DNA from: Oopsacas minuta
Lineage: Eukaryota; Animalia; Porifera
Length of the DNA stretch: 64,000 nucleotides
NCBI GenBank assembly: GCA_024704765.1
Contig: JAKMXF010000343.1
Span: 372,001 to 436,000 of the forward strand
Reading direction: 5' to 3'
The notes beneath the pieces were generated by a model that made no database searches, was not told where the DNA came from, and saw only the letters and a list, made by a program, of their open reading frames with translations. Shown piece by piece: positions 1 through 12,600 of the stretch. The position numbers and the translations under genes are program-made. Position 1 is the first letter of the stretch; each line of letters begins with the position of its first letter.

Positions 1-146
1 GCGAACTTTCTAAAAGAAGAATTATTTCCAATTAAAATGAACGTCCTTGAATAAATTTGGTGTAGGCGAATCGCTGTTTCATGATCTCTAGCCTTTTCTT
101 ATAAGTGTTATACGAACATTATCTAAGTATATTTGCTAGCAGATAA

Positions 147-1430
147 ATGAACTACAACAGACAGCTTAAAGAAGCAGACCGTATGTTACAAGAGGTAACC
201 AGTACACATCATAACATCCTATCTATTGGAGGAGATCTATTCTCTAGATACGAAAAGTTATGCGAGGATAAGCTTAGACAAGCAGTAGAGGAGAATGAAG
301 AGAAGTTATTACGTCATCATACTGAGCTTACACAACAAGCTGTAGCAGAGGCAGTTGAATTAGGTAAGTTTTAATAATTGTATTTATATGCCTTTTAACA
401 CCCTTCATTAGAGGAATTGAGATATTTCAATAAAGTAGACATTTTGTATTTTGATTACGTCATAAAGTAATGAGGTAAAGATAATGAAATGCTGCTCGCC
501 TGCATGCTTGATGGACATCATTTGGATCTGAAACGATTTTCTCATTATACAGGGGGCCTTTTTAATTATTCTGATGTAGGTAGGAGAGGGATGGAAACAG
601 CTCTGATAGAAGCGAGGGTAGAGAGAGATAATGCAATTATTGAGAAAGAGAGAGAGGTTAGAGAGGATATGAATGAGATAGCAGATGCATTGGTTAGACA
701 GGAGTATGAGAGAGGAAAATTAAGGTTATTTATTCAAATATTCATTACTAATGTTAGTTTAATACTTGTATAATTACTGTAGACTTACTTACCGACAATT
801 TCCCCGGATTTTCCTTACCGAATTCCGAGATTTTCAAAAAAATTCAGAAAATTCCGTAGTACTAATACGTATTTTACATAATTGTTACACGGAATTTCCA
901 GATCTACTGTAGTTATTATTCGATAATTCAGGAAACAAGAAGCAGTAGATGAAGCTAAAGAAATTTCTAGAATAGAATTAATTTCTAGAATTGAAGATGT
1001 TAGATTGGAAGAGAAAGAACTTTCAGGTGAGAAACTAGCTCAATTGAAAAGAGAAAATAATGAGGAAATACAACGAAAAGTAAGAGAAACTTTGGATAAC
1101 GATGAAATTATTTTAGGGCAGAAATTAAATGAATTGAGTGAACAGGATAATATATATTTGGAAAAAGTACGAGAAAATGATAGAACACAAGCTGAATTGA
1201 ATATACAAAAGATTGAATCGGAATTCAACTCGAAACTCTCTCTCAAACAAAACGAAATCGAAGTTTTACTCGCGAATATTCACAAATTAGAAGAAAATCT
1301 TAATTCAAAAGATGAACAAATTAACAAACTTGAAATTCAATACGAAAATTCTCGTATAGAATTCAGTCATTTTGTGGATACAATGAGTGAGATAGGAGGA
1401 GGTTACACGGTAAGAAAGGATCCGTCATAA
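147..1430 (+). CDS. Coiled-coil protein, C6orf163-like (3 exons: 147-363, 580-724, 932-1430)
   Basis: GT-AG exons join in phase (1, 2). N-terminal THHNILSIGGDL and C-terminal ENSRIEFSHFVD resemble recalled C6orf163 segments; E/K/R-rich heptads throughout. Confidence 0.6.
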
Positions 1431-1697
1431 GATGACATCACGAAATCAACTATTATCACTCTCATTTACAACCTGTATTATTATTATTAATATGCTAGTA
1501 TAGGAATAATAATAATAATATTGATATTCATGGTTACTTAGTAGGGGATACTATTTGTTCTGTGGGAAATGAATGATATTTCTTTTGTTTCCTTGTCTAA
1601 GAATTCAGTTTATAGTCATTGCTTTATATTAAGAACACTTCAATTATAACATTTTAATATTATATACATAGTGGCCATCACATCAACAGACATCACA

Positions 1698-4600
1698 ATG
1701 GCAGAGAAGAATGGGGTAGCCAAGGAAGATGACGTCATTAAACTATTCGTAGGTCAGATTCCGAAACACTACGAACGAGAAGACATAGAAGAAATAATGT
1801 CAGAATTCGGAGAGATATTTGAGATTAATGTGATCAGGGATAAGATAACTAACGAACATAAGGGATGTGCTTTCATAACATATGTGTGTAGATCTGCTGC
1901 TACTAATGCTCAGATGGAATTACATGAGAAGAGAACTCTCCAGGGAATGTCACATGCAATGCAGGTGAGGTTAAAACGTAGAATAGACATACGTACACTC
2001 AACTCCCGTCATATCGAAGCTCAAGGGGCCGCTATTATTTCTTCATAACCGATCAAATATTATATTACTTTGACAGTTTGGGACCATCTTTGTACAATTT
2101 AAGTCTTCGATATAAGAGTATTTCAATGTTTTTGAGCTGTGTTTGGTATAACGGGAGTAGACTAGTTATAAATGTATCACATGAGAGAATACGAAATTAC
2201 GGATATTATATAGACTTGATTAAGCTGATAAAGTTAAATATCAGTAATTCGTTGAATGCTTTCTCAAATGAATAATAATTCGATAAAGAGACACTATCAG
2301 AAATATTCAATGAACTATACTGTATCTTATACGGTACAAAAATCTTACCTACGAAATTGAGAATCCGCTAAAATGAGATTGGGACAAGTCGAAATCTCAA
2401 ATTCACTGTCCCTAATAGCCATATATCATCAATTATATTATGGACAGTTTGTGCAAGATAATCACTAGTTTGTATCCTTGTGTGTGCATATGCTACAGTA
2501 GAACTCGGATATTTAATACAATTCCTATTCGGATGAGATATTCTCCCTTATACAGGTTAAGCCTGCTAACAGTGAAGGAACTCCAGAAGAGTGTAAACTA
2601 TTTATTGGCATGATAAGCAAACTAACTACTGAAGAGGATCTAAAGAAAATGTTCACACCTTTCGGTTTAATCGAGAACATAACCGTCCTCAGATATCAAG
2701 ACGGACAAAGCAAGGGATGTGCGTTCTTAAAGTACAGGAATAAATCTATGGCTCAAAAAGCAATTAAAAATATACATCATTCACAAACAATGCCTGGATG
2801 TTCACAGCCTGTTGTAGTTAAAATAGCTGATACAGAGAGAGATAAGGCAGTGAAGAAAATGCAACATCAGTTTAACCAGGCTCTACACGTGCTAGGATCC
2901 ATGGGTCCTACACCAGGGATGGGTCACATGACACCTAGTCTACCATCAATGGGAAATCCGTTAGGTCAGTTCTATATTGTCAGGAATTGTGTTACAGTCC
3001 AAATGGGGGGTGAGGATTATTAACCGATTACGGTATGTGTTACAAGCGTAATGAATAGGAATTTCAGTTTTTTCATCTCCCATAAAATATACGAAAATTT
3101 CCATTTTTTTAACTTTCAAACTTCCAAAATTTGCCTAATACTATTCTGTTAATACGACCAAAAAGTGTTAATTAAAATATGATTAACGTTTAAAAGGGTG
3201 TGAGAATTCGATTTTTCTGTAAATGTCATAGTAATTTAAAACATTTTTGTGGTTGTATTATCGCATGTATGAATACTTTAATTCGTTATAATTTGGGTTT
3301 CGTTTCCTTACATGTATACAGGAGAACTCATTTAGTACTTTTCAAAATTTGATTCCTTTATATTTTAGTGAATCCTGAATCCGAGAATGAAGTACGAATA
3401 GTTGCAGGCCCAGCAGGTAAGTACTAACCGAGTTCTACTGTATTTTAATTTTAAATAACTTATTTTATTCGAATAATCTTAACAATTTAACTACAGACAT
3501 CTCGTAAAAGCGAAAATTTATTTAGGAATGCTGAATCTGTCAAAATTTGTTATGCGACATCACTGGTATTTGTTTCATTGCGTTCTGGCAAGAGCCAATA
3601 TGAAAATTCTGCCAAAAATCGCAAAAAATGAGCTCGAATAATCCAACATTATCCATAGTAAACTCATATGAAGTTTTAATACAAATTTCTATCAATAATA
3701 TTATTTCTGTGCTTTAATTCCACTATTTTTATCATAGAATATCGTCTTGGTGCATTAGTCTACCACCAACTATTACAACAGCAACTGCAGAACTTCCAAG
3801 GTATAGGCAGTCTAATAACTAACCAGCATACTCCTCACACAGGTGCAGCACCTGGTCACCACACACATCCACACTCTCATCACGGACATCAACATTCTAA
3901 CGCACTAACATCAGCACATAGTTTATTACAAGCTCATCAAGGCGACGCATCACCACCTGGTATTTCACCTAGACCATCTTATCCTATAACATTGCATGAT
4001 GGTATGCATGCAGGCATTGGACAACAGGATAAAATACCGATTTATGGTGCCGGTCCACAGACCGGTATGAATTTACTTGTTACCCCTAATTCCTCATCTC
4101 CACAGAGATCTGGTCCTGACGGGTCTAACCTGTTCATCTACCATCTCCCCCCTGAATTCTCAGACACTGATCTACTTTCTACTTTTATACATTTTGGGAA
4201 TATCGTTTCTGCTAAAGTTTTCATCGATAAACAAACTAGCTTGTCTAAATGTTTTGGTGAGTTTAGAGTCAAAATCTGTTGCGCAGTAGACTCAGCTTAA
4301 TAGGGTCACCGATTAAGCTGGGTTATTAGCCTTACCATTAATACAATTACCAATGAAATCTCGACAAACAGGGCTTGTGGAAAAACAGAGTAAAAATAAT
4401 TACAGCGGATTCCTAGTTCTATAGAACTAAATTCCAATAAACGTGTAAGGGTATAGCATTTTTCGTCGTCCCTAGTTTGTGGAGGTTACATTGTAATTAC
4501 ACAAATAATTTCGAACTTCATTTATTCGAATTGAAGATCTCCACTTAGACTTCGATATGCAGTAAAAATTTCTAAATACGTAAGTAAAATGGCTCAGAAT

Positions 4601-4872
4601 TATTCCACAATGGTTATTCAATTGGTATTATTCCGGATCAATACTACCTCCCGATAAAGCGAACAAATAATGACCGTCGGTTGGTGTTCGTATTAATGAA
4701 AGTCCACTGTACTTTATATATGAATATTTGTATAGGTTTTGTCAGTTATGACAATCCACTTTCTGCTGGAACTGCTATCCAATCGATGAATGGATTCCAG
4801 ATCGGCAATAAGAGATTAAAAGTTCAACTAAAGAAATCCAAAACATCTTCATCAACAACCAAACCATATTGA
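1698..4872 (+). CDS. CELF: CELF/Bruno-like RNA-binding protein with 3 RRMs (exons 1698-1964, 2556-2964, 3369-3416, 3738-4256, 4736-4872)
   Basis: RRM1 [17 protein letters not shown]; RRM2 [18 protein letters not shown]; His/Gln-rich linker; RRM3 [36 protein letters not shown]. All junctions are phase-compatible. Confidence 0.93.
1996..2164 (+). mobile_element. Tc1/pogo-like MITE family A copy in CELF intron 1
   Basis: Degenerate TIR CAcTCAACTCCCGTcATATCG / ATAACGGGAGTaGACT; the body (GCTCAAGGG..TTGGGACCAT) is shared with copies at 8781, 12220 and 55944. Confidence 0.75.
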
Positions 4873-5692
4873 CAACATCTGATAAAACAGAGAGCATTCT
4901 ATTTTCAATATATTCGATATTTTCTCTGTTAGATGTGAGTACAGTTTGAGTAACCAGTAGTTTGTCCGTAGTGTGTTATGTAGTATAGTATAGTAACTGA
5001 GTAGTGTAGTGTAAGCTCTTACGAGCTCATAAGTCCAGTATTGTATGGAGTGTATTAGTAGTTTGCATTGTATGATTATTATTTATTCATCATTTGATTT
5101 TTAACTTCGAGGTTTGGTATGTATTTAATCTAGGCTACTATTAGTTGGAAACTTATTTCAGCTCCACCGCCAGCATCAAGTTTGCTTGCCACATGAATAT
5201 GTCATTATTTCACCATTTTCTCAGTGAAATTCAACTGCACAATACGTATAAAATTCCGCCCGCCCGCATGTTTGATTAACATCATGTGGAGCTGAAACAA
5301 GTTTCTCAACAGGGACCTTGTGGATATAGAGGGTAGTTGACATATTAAATTCATGGTTATGTCATACGCTGTTTCGTATGTGAAGTAATTTCATAAAACG
5401 TGAATATTCAAACTTACCGAAATGTGCTACATCAGGATAAGTCTTCCAAACATCTGCAAACATTGTGTCTAATGCCAGAGAGAAGTTGTCCAATGGAACT
5501 ACGAATTCCTAACCACAAATACGTTGCATAAAATACAGTTCATTATTAAGCGAATGTTTCGAACGTTTTAATCAGTGTTTAGAAAAAATTGAGAAACCAT
5601 GAGAGATAAAAATGTGAAAAATATTGTTCTGGCTCTGAATACAATTCAAATATTAAATACAAATAATTCGGATATTTAGCATTATTTTAGTC

Positions 5693-6556
5693 ATGGAAAA
5701 AAGGTTGGATCGCTTCGTCAGTCTAGACAGTAGTCATAATGCTGGGTATTTTGAAATGAATGACAGTGATCTTGAGTTATCAGAAGGGGATATGGCAGGA
5801 GATCTGGGGGCTTATAGCTCAGGAGAGGAAAGCAACCTCGCTAAAGAACTGAAAATCAAATCAGACCAATTTGAAATAGACATGGATAAAGAGTTAAGTG
5901 ATATGATAGGAGAAATGGGTTATCCTACATACCTATTGAACCATCTAAACGGTATTGAAAATAGCGAAATTGATCCTCCCAAGGAGATAAGCGAAAAGGA
6001 CCCTGATCTAGGCTTCTATGATAATGTCTACTTCGATTCAGACACTGAAGTAGGCGAGGATATGGATGAGTTTAGTGGTGATCCTAAAAAACGGGTTTTG
6101 ACTAATGACGAATTATTTTATGATCCTAAAGCAGATGATCTTGATGAGGAATGGGTTAACACACAGCGTATGGCATATAGGAATATTGAAATACCGAAAA
6201 ATATGAATAACAGTGAAGAAGATTCCGCGAAAAATATACCGAAATCTGACGCGATTCTTAGTTGTCCAGGTTGTATGGTAACTCTATGCATTGATTGTCA
6301 ACAACACGATTTGTATAAAGACCAATTCCGTGCAATGTTTGTAATGCATTGTAGAATTGAAGAAGGTGAGATCCTCAAGTATAAAAAGAAAAAACAGAAA
6401 AAAAAATTCAAAAGAAGAGAGGAAATGGGTTCAACTGAGGCAGTAGAATATGACGTGTATCAACCTGTTAAATGTGGCAGTTGTCAAACGGAAGTAGGAG
6501 TATTTGATGAAGATGAAGTATATCATTTCTATAACGTGTTACCTAGCGAGCCGTAA
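5693..6556 (+). CDS. EAPP: E2F-associated phosphoprotein, single exon
   Basis: Acidic N-terminus, DELFYDPKADDLDEEWV, SDAILSCPGCMVTLCIDCQ..QFRAMFVMHC, and C-terminal CGSCQTEVGVFDEDEVYHFYNVLPSEP match the Eapp_C domain. Confidence 0.92.
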   Translation: MEKRLDRFVSLDSSHNAGYFEMNDSDLELSEGDMAGDLGAYSSGEESNLAKELKIKSDQFEIDMDKELSDMIGEMGYPTYLLNHLNGIENSEIDPPKEISEKDPDLGFYDNVYFDSDTEVGEDMDEFSGDPKKRVLTNDELFYDPKADDLDEEWVNTQRMAYRNIEIPKNMNNSEEDSAKNIPKSDAILSCPGCMVTLCIDCQQHDLYKDQFRAMFVMHCRIEEGEILKYKKKKQKKKFKRREEMGSTEAVEYDVYQPVKCGSCQTEVGVFDEDEVYHFYNVLPSEP

Positions 6557-6659
6557 GGTTTATGATCATTGTATCTAAAATTAATTATTATACAACACAT
6601 GATTATATATTCATACGTAATAAATTGTTATCTGAACTTCAAGCGAATTTAAACAAGCA

Positions 6660-9600
6660 TTTTGTCAAAATTTTGAAGTTTTCATTAGTGGCACCAAAGC
6701 ATAGATGTTCCCAGCCTTATTTATCCGTGGACCCCCTCAAGCAATTGCCACAGGTTGGGAACCGCTCCATAGGCCATGGCATGAGGTCACATTCTTGATC
6801 AATTATCCAAATCAAGAAAAATTTACAAATGTAGGCATGTAACTATCCCCCCCATCATAAAATTGAAGGAAAATCCTTTTAGAGAATTTCATATTTGGAA
6901 TTTGTGGCAGTAATTGTATCTTTTACTCACTCTATCTCCACAACAAGCTGTCCATAACATTAACAGTTCTCTGCTCTTGTGTAGATTTGGTATAACTATA
7001 GACAATTGTACATATAATATTATTATTGACATTTGTTACTATAATGCTTCATTATATTGCAAGTATATTAACTGTTTCCCAACCAGTCCAGTCCCTACAA
7101 TGTTTTAACTAACGATTATTGTAATTAACTTCCTCTGTATCAATACAGTCTATAATAGTGTCTAATACTTTAACTTGTCCTTGTAAGAGATTCAAACTCT
7201 TATTTATCTACAAGAAGAAAGGTGACTATACTCATGCGTATAATGCTATGATTATGCAGGCTATATATATATATTATAAGCACATTATTAATAATTCTTA
7301 TACAGCAATGAAGCTATAAGCCAATACCGTCGATTTGGATACTTTGTTTTCAAAATTTTGCATAAATTTTTCGTAGTTCGAGAGAAAATGCATATGCACT
7401 TGCCCCCGTACAAAATTTGTATTTCGAATTTATGTAAAATAGATCGACGCATATTTTGTTCTGAATTTTCGTTGGTTACACAATTCACGAAATATTTAGA
7501 CAACGAAAGTTTGATTCAATAGTAACTTACCTTGAACTGTAATGGGCTGGGAGATTTAATATTCTAAGAGAATGAAATAATATTTAAATTAGCGCTATTT
7601 TCAATAAAATTTATTAACTACAGTAGAACCTCTATAATTGGGGGAGGTCAGGACAGCGAATCTCCTGATAAGTCCCCATTCCCCATTTATAATTTCAAAT
7701 GTAAATGTCTTTTTATCAGATATTTTTGAATCAATTTGTGTTGCCACTTCCTCCTAACGATTGTCTTCAAAATGATTATTATAATACACCCTAAGGTTGT
7801 TGGTTGGATATAGTATATTATAGAAAAAACCCCAAATTTCTATTCATCATAGCGATAAAAGGTTCTTTTCAATGGCAATGAATGAAGGTGGACCAAAATC
7901 GCCCCGCTTATAGAGGCTACACTGCACTATATCAACCTACCTGTAACAATCCTTCACAATATATGAGATGTGTTGTCAGCAGCTAAAACAAATAATAATT
8001 AGAAGTTAATTACAATAATAAGCCTGCCAAAAAACGAAAACTCACAAAATCTAGACCATGTGTCCCTGTAGTAAGAACAACTACGTCATCAGTTGGTAGA
8101 CTATCTCTCTTAGAAGAACGAGAATGAACTGTCTCACTTCTATTTATAGATGCTGGTCTCTCTTGTGTGAACGCATCTACATCTAGATCTATATAGCAAA
8201 CACATTAACACATTATTCTATTCTATTCTATCACAAAGATTGAATTATTTGAAAGATTTCTAACAAAATAAATGATTTTTGTTGATGGTCGGAAATTTGA
8301 CCAGAATTCCATAGCTAGAACTTATCCACTTATGAGATTTTAAATGACTCGAACGAAATTCAGATTCTGTTCTAAAATGACAACGGTCAAATTCTTTCTA
8401 AAACATTTCTTTCTATCAATTGGATCTCATTCATTCACCTTTTTCCAGAGCTACAGTAGATATATCCACCATTTCTTGTAGAATGAAATTAAGCTCTTCT
8501 TCATCAGAGGAGTATTCATCAGGTAATAGAGTATGTGTACAAGCTTTATAATCCTCCGTAGAATTAGTAGATGTAGTACCACTAGTTAAAGATCCTGTAA
8601 GACTATCTCTACGTCCTGCTAAGTTAATTCCACTGTCTAATGATCTTTTCAGTTCGGGTTTTATCTCAAAAATAATTGTTGATTCGTTTAGGAAATCAAA
8701 TGCATCAAGTGCTTCTGATTCAGAGGTAGTTAGAGATGTGCTTCTCTCGTGCTTTCCTCCTTTGTTCTGTCAAATAAATACAGTTAACTCCCGTTATATC
8801 GAAGCTCAAGGGACCGCGATAATTACTTCGATATAACCCGATGAAATATATATATATTACTTTTGACTGTTTGGGACCATATTTGTAAAATTTCAAACTT
8901 TGATATATGCTGGTTATATCTATGTTCGATAAGACGGGAGTTGACTGTAAATAGTGAATCACCACGGCCTCAAAAATCTTTGTTCTTGCTGAAGAGCCAA
9001 ACTTTATTTTATTTAATACATTTGCTATATTGTTAATTATTTTACATGACAACCAACTTGGTTGATAAGAATGTTCATAACTTTACCCGTGTTAAGTCAT
9101 AGAGTTTGCTTAGCCTTGCTTCTAAATCAGTTAGCACAACATATTCACAGAAATCTACAAACACAAACAATAAGAATAATCATTTCGTATTTACATTTCG
9201 TAGACCGCAATAACCGTTACTTAAATACCTTTCTTCTCTTCAATACACACCCATAGGTTATCATAAGCTTCTAGGAGGTTACACACAGAGCCATTTGTTT
9301 CTGAGTTATTACTACACAGGTCTAGGTCTAGGTTAGACATTAGTTCTTTACGAGCTGAATCTGATTCAATTAGGATAGGTTTGTAGCCCACTTGACCTTA
9401 GGATAATTACAGAAGTATAATATTGAGATTATTTCCTTTCTAAACATCTGTAAGCTATAGCTGTACCATTAAATATGGAAAAAATTCCTGACATGTTGAA
9501 ACCTAATCTCTAGCGTACGGAAGTCGCACACCGTTCACGTCATTAGGGCATCTCCTTTGTTGCTATAACAACTATTAAATAGAATTAATAATCCTATCAA

Positions 9601-12600
9601 CACACCTCGCTTGAATTGAGAAGGAGATCTGTGTAGAACAGAACACACATTCCTGACAGGACTAGGTCTACTAAATGTCTCATTAAGCTGAGGTAGCTCA
9701 CTCATTGTACTCTGAGTTAAATCATCACCATCATCATCTCCACGTGTACTCATCTCTGGCATAGAGTGCTTACTCTCAGGGACTAATGTCTGATCTTTAT
9801 CTACTAGCTCGTTATCTTTAATAAAGGACTTACTATGACATATGTCTATCTAGAAAATTATGAGATTGCATTATGTATATATTGCTTTGATAAATTTCAA
9901 ATAGGGTGTACGATGTGTCATAGAATTCGTAATTTCAAACTATTAAATTGAACTACTAACATAGAGTAGAATATGGTTAGTACGAACTCGGCTTAACGTA
10001 TCCGAGTTCTACAGTATTTCATTCAGCTCTTACATTTACTTCTGTGTTTCCTCCTAACTCCGCATTAACTCTCCTTGCACGTTGAATGCTCATATGTCTA
10101 CACAACACACAAATTAATAAATACGATAGAAATAAAAGAAGTGTTCTAACTAAATTCTTCGGTTTCTACTGTACTAATTACAACTTACTTAGCTCGTTTT
10201 TTAATATAGTCCTGTCTAGCTGAGCCTATAATGACGTCATGCATTGAGAAATCCATTATCCGTCCATAATCAGGATCATCATATCCAAATCTAAAATAAT
10301 TGTGAATCCCATTAGAATGTATTGACAGATTTATATACATTACGTCATGGAAATATGAAATTATGCTTTCTGAATATCGCAGTATTGATACGTACTATAA
10401 TTGCTATTAATATATTGTAACATTCACAAACGAGGTGTCAGAAACGCCACCATATTTTGAGTGTCCAGAACAATTGATGGGGATTTAGAATTCTTAGTGG
10501 AAATTTATTCACTTTTCCCTTTTGGTCTCATGAATTATGATTTTAACGTTCCTTCAATTTGTTTGTTAATTATAACAACAGACATACTTCCATCTAACTT
10601 CTAGATTGAGTTTAACGTGCGTTGTCCCTTTCAGCACAAGAAGTACATTCTGTGGATGTAGTGATATCAAGTCGTAGGCGTTGAATTTAGCTGAACCGAG
10701 CAATACATTTCCTAGAAACCTCCTTATCTGTAATGCCTAAAGATAATTATTTAGTAATTCATTCGTGACCTGAAGGTCAGGTTCAATTTAGACGTTTTAG
10801 GATATTTATGTGGTTCGTTTTCATACAAAATGGTCGTTATCTACATGTTGATGTTAAATAGAAATTATACAATATTCTTCATAAATAATATTCAATTAAT
10901 ACCTGTACATCCATTAGTGTATTATCCCCGAGTATAGTCATCATCAGCTAATGAGATATAATACACAAAATTGATCACATTTATGCTTACTATGCTTATG
11001 TATCTTTTTGTAACTTACATGTTCATCTTGCCATTTTTGTTCTTTATTTTTGATTGTGCCTTTAGTTTTCCATTTCTGTTCAGATAATTCAAAACACGCC
11101 TGATATTGTAAATGTTAATAATATAATTGCTATAAACGTGATTACTCTATTGACTCGAATAGTAGCTACGCCTCGAATTGACCCTCCCTACTGTAGAACC
11201 CGAATAGTACCAACGAAGTAAATAGGAGCATAACTTACTTTTATACGCAATTGAGCACATGAAAAGAGTTAGTGGATATTATCATGAAAGCCAATGCTAT
11301 TATCCATGGTACGTATATGCCAATATAGTATTATGTAATTACAGACAATTCCTGTTATATAGCTAAACTGCTCAATTCAAGGGATAGTGATAATCACTCC
11401 TTATAAGGTAAAATTATGTTACTTTAACCATATTCGTACAATATCAGAGTTCGCTATATCTGTGTTCAATATAATGGGAGTATCTATACGTTTAAGGTCC
11501 CCAAGACCAGGGTTGTTAGAATTAATAAACGTCCTGTGGCTACTATTCAAGGTAACACAAAAATTTAACTGATTACGGTCGAAGTTTTATGTTCGTAACG
11601 AAAAGGACTTCGTTTTAACCAATTCCCGCACCCAAATCGAAATTTTAGCACCTTTTTGACGTCATAAAATCACACATATTCCCGGCCGTATTCGGTTAGT
11701 CTATTTACCTCATAACAGTCGTTGTTGATTAACCGCGGTATATCCAAGAGACCTACATAATTAGATCACTAAATTCATAATTATAGAGGGAAATCGGCTA
11801 ATTTTAGAATCGTATTAAGTGTACATACATAACCATTGAGTATTAATTGGGACTATTCGAATGAACTCTTGAAAATTGAAAGATTATCTTCTTGTAATTT
11901 TATGTACACAGGATTTGTGGTTAATTATTGGAAGAGTTTAATCGTCCTCTTATGGATATGAAGGTAATTTACCTTTAAACGTTATTTGGAGGTAACCCAT
12001 GAGGTCGAACATCTGGTCTTCAAGGTCCAACAATTTCTAATATATGATTAGTCATTGAATAGCATGATAGTTCACCTTTTTTCGGAGAGTTTTAATTTAA
12101 TATACCTCGTTGAGTTTTTTCAAGTTTGTTTTAATCGCAGCTTTAGATTTCCTCTTCGCTCTTGTAACAGGTTGTTCTCCGTATGCTTGATCTAGGTTAG
12201 AAGCTCCTATACAGAAAGTGCATACCGTATCTCAAAGCTCAAGCGACCGCGATAAGTACTTCGAAATAACCGATGAAAATTATGTTTCTTTGACGGTTTG
12301 GGACCATATTTGTACAATTTAAGCCTTCGATAGAAACGAGTATTTCTATATATCTGTGTTTGATATAACGAGACTCTGTTTATCAATCTTTCCTTACAGA
12401 CTATTTATAATAGAATGAATGAGTTTACCAGACAAATATTAATGTAAGGCAATCTATTCGAGGTACAAAACAAGCCATATCACCTATTGTGTTTACAAAG
12501 AATTGTCGAAATATTGTTACTTTCTGTTAAGGAACTTACCATCATGTATTTTGAGCTGATGTGTGTACTCATTTCTTAGTTTTTCTACCTAAGTAAAGAT

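Noticed and set aside
7305-7525. About 70-codon open + strand block in a RIPOR intron
   Set aside because: It has a good acceptor but I could not link it in phase to any downstream exon, so it is not used as support for the hidden gene.
8720-9052. 110-aa - strand ORF
   Set aside because: It spans the 8781-8947 MITE inside a RIPOR intron; only its last bases overlap a real exon.
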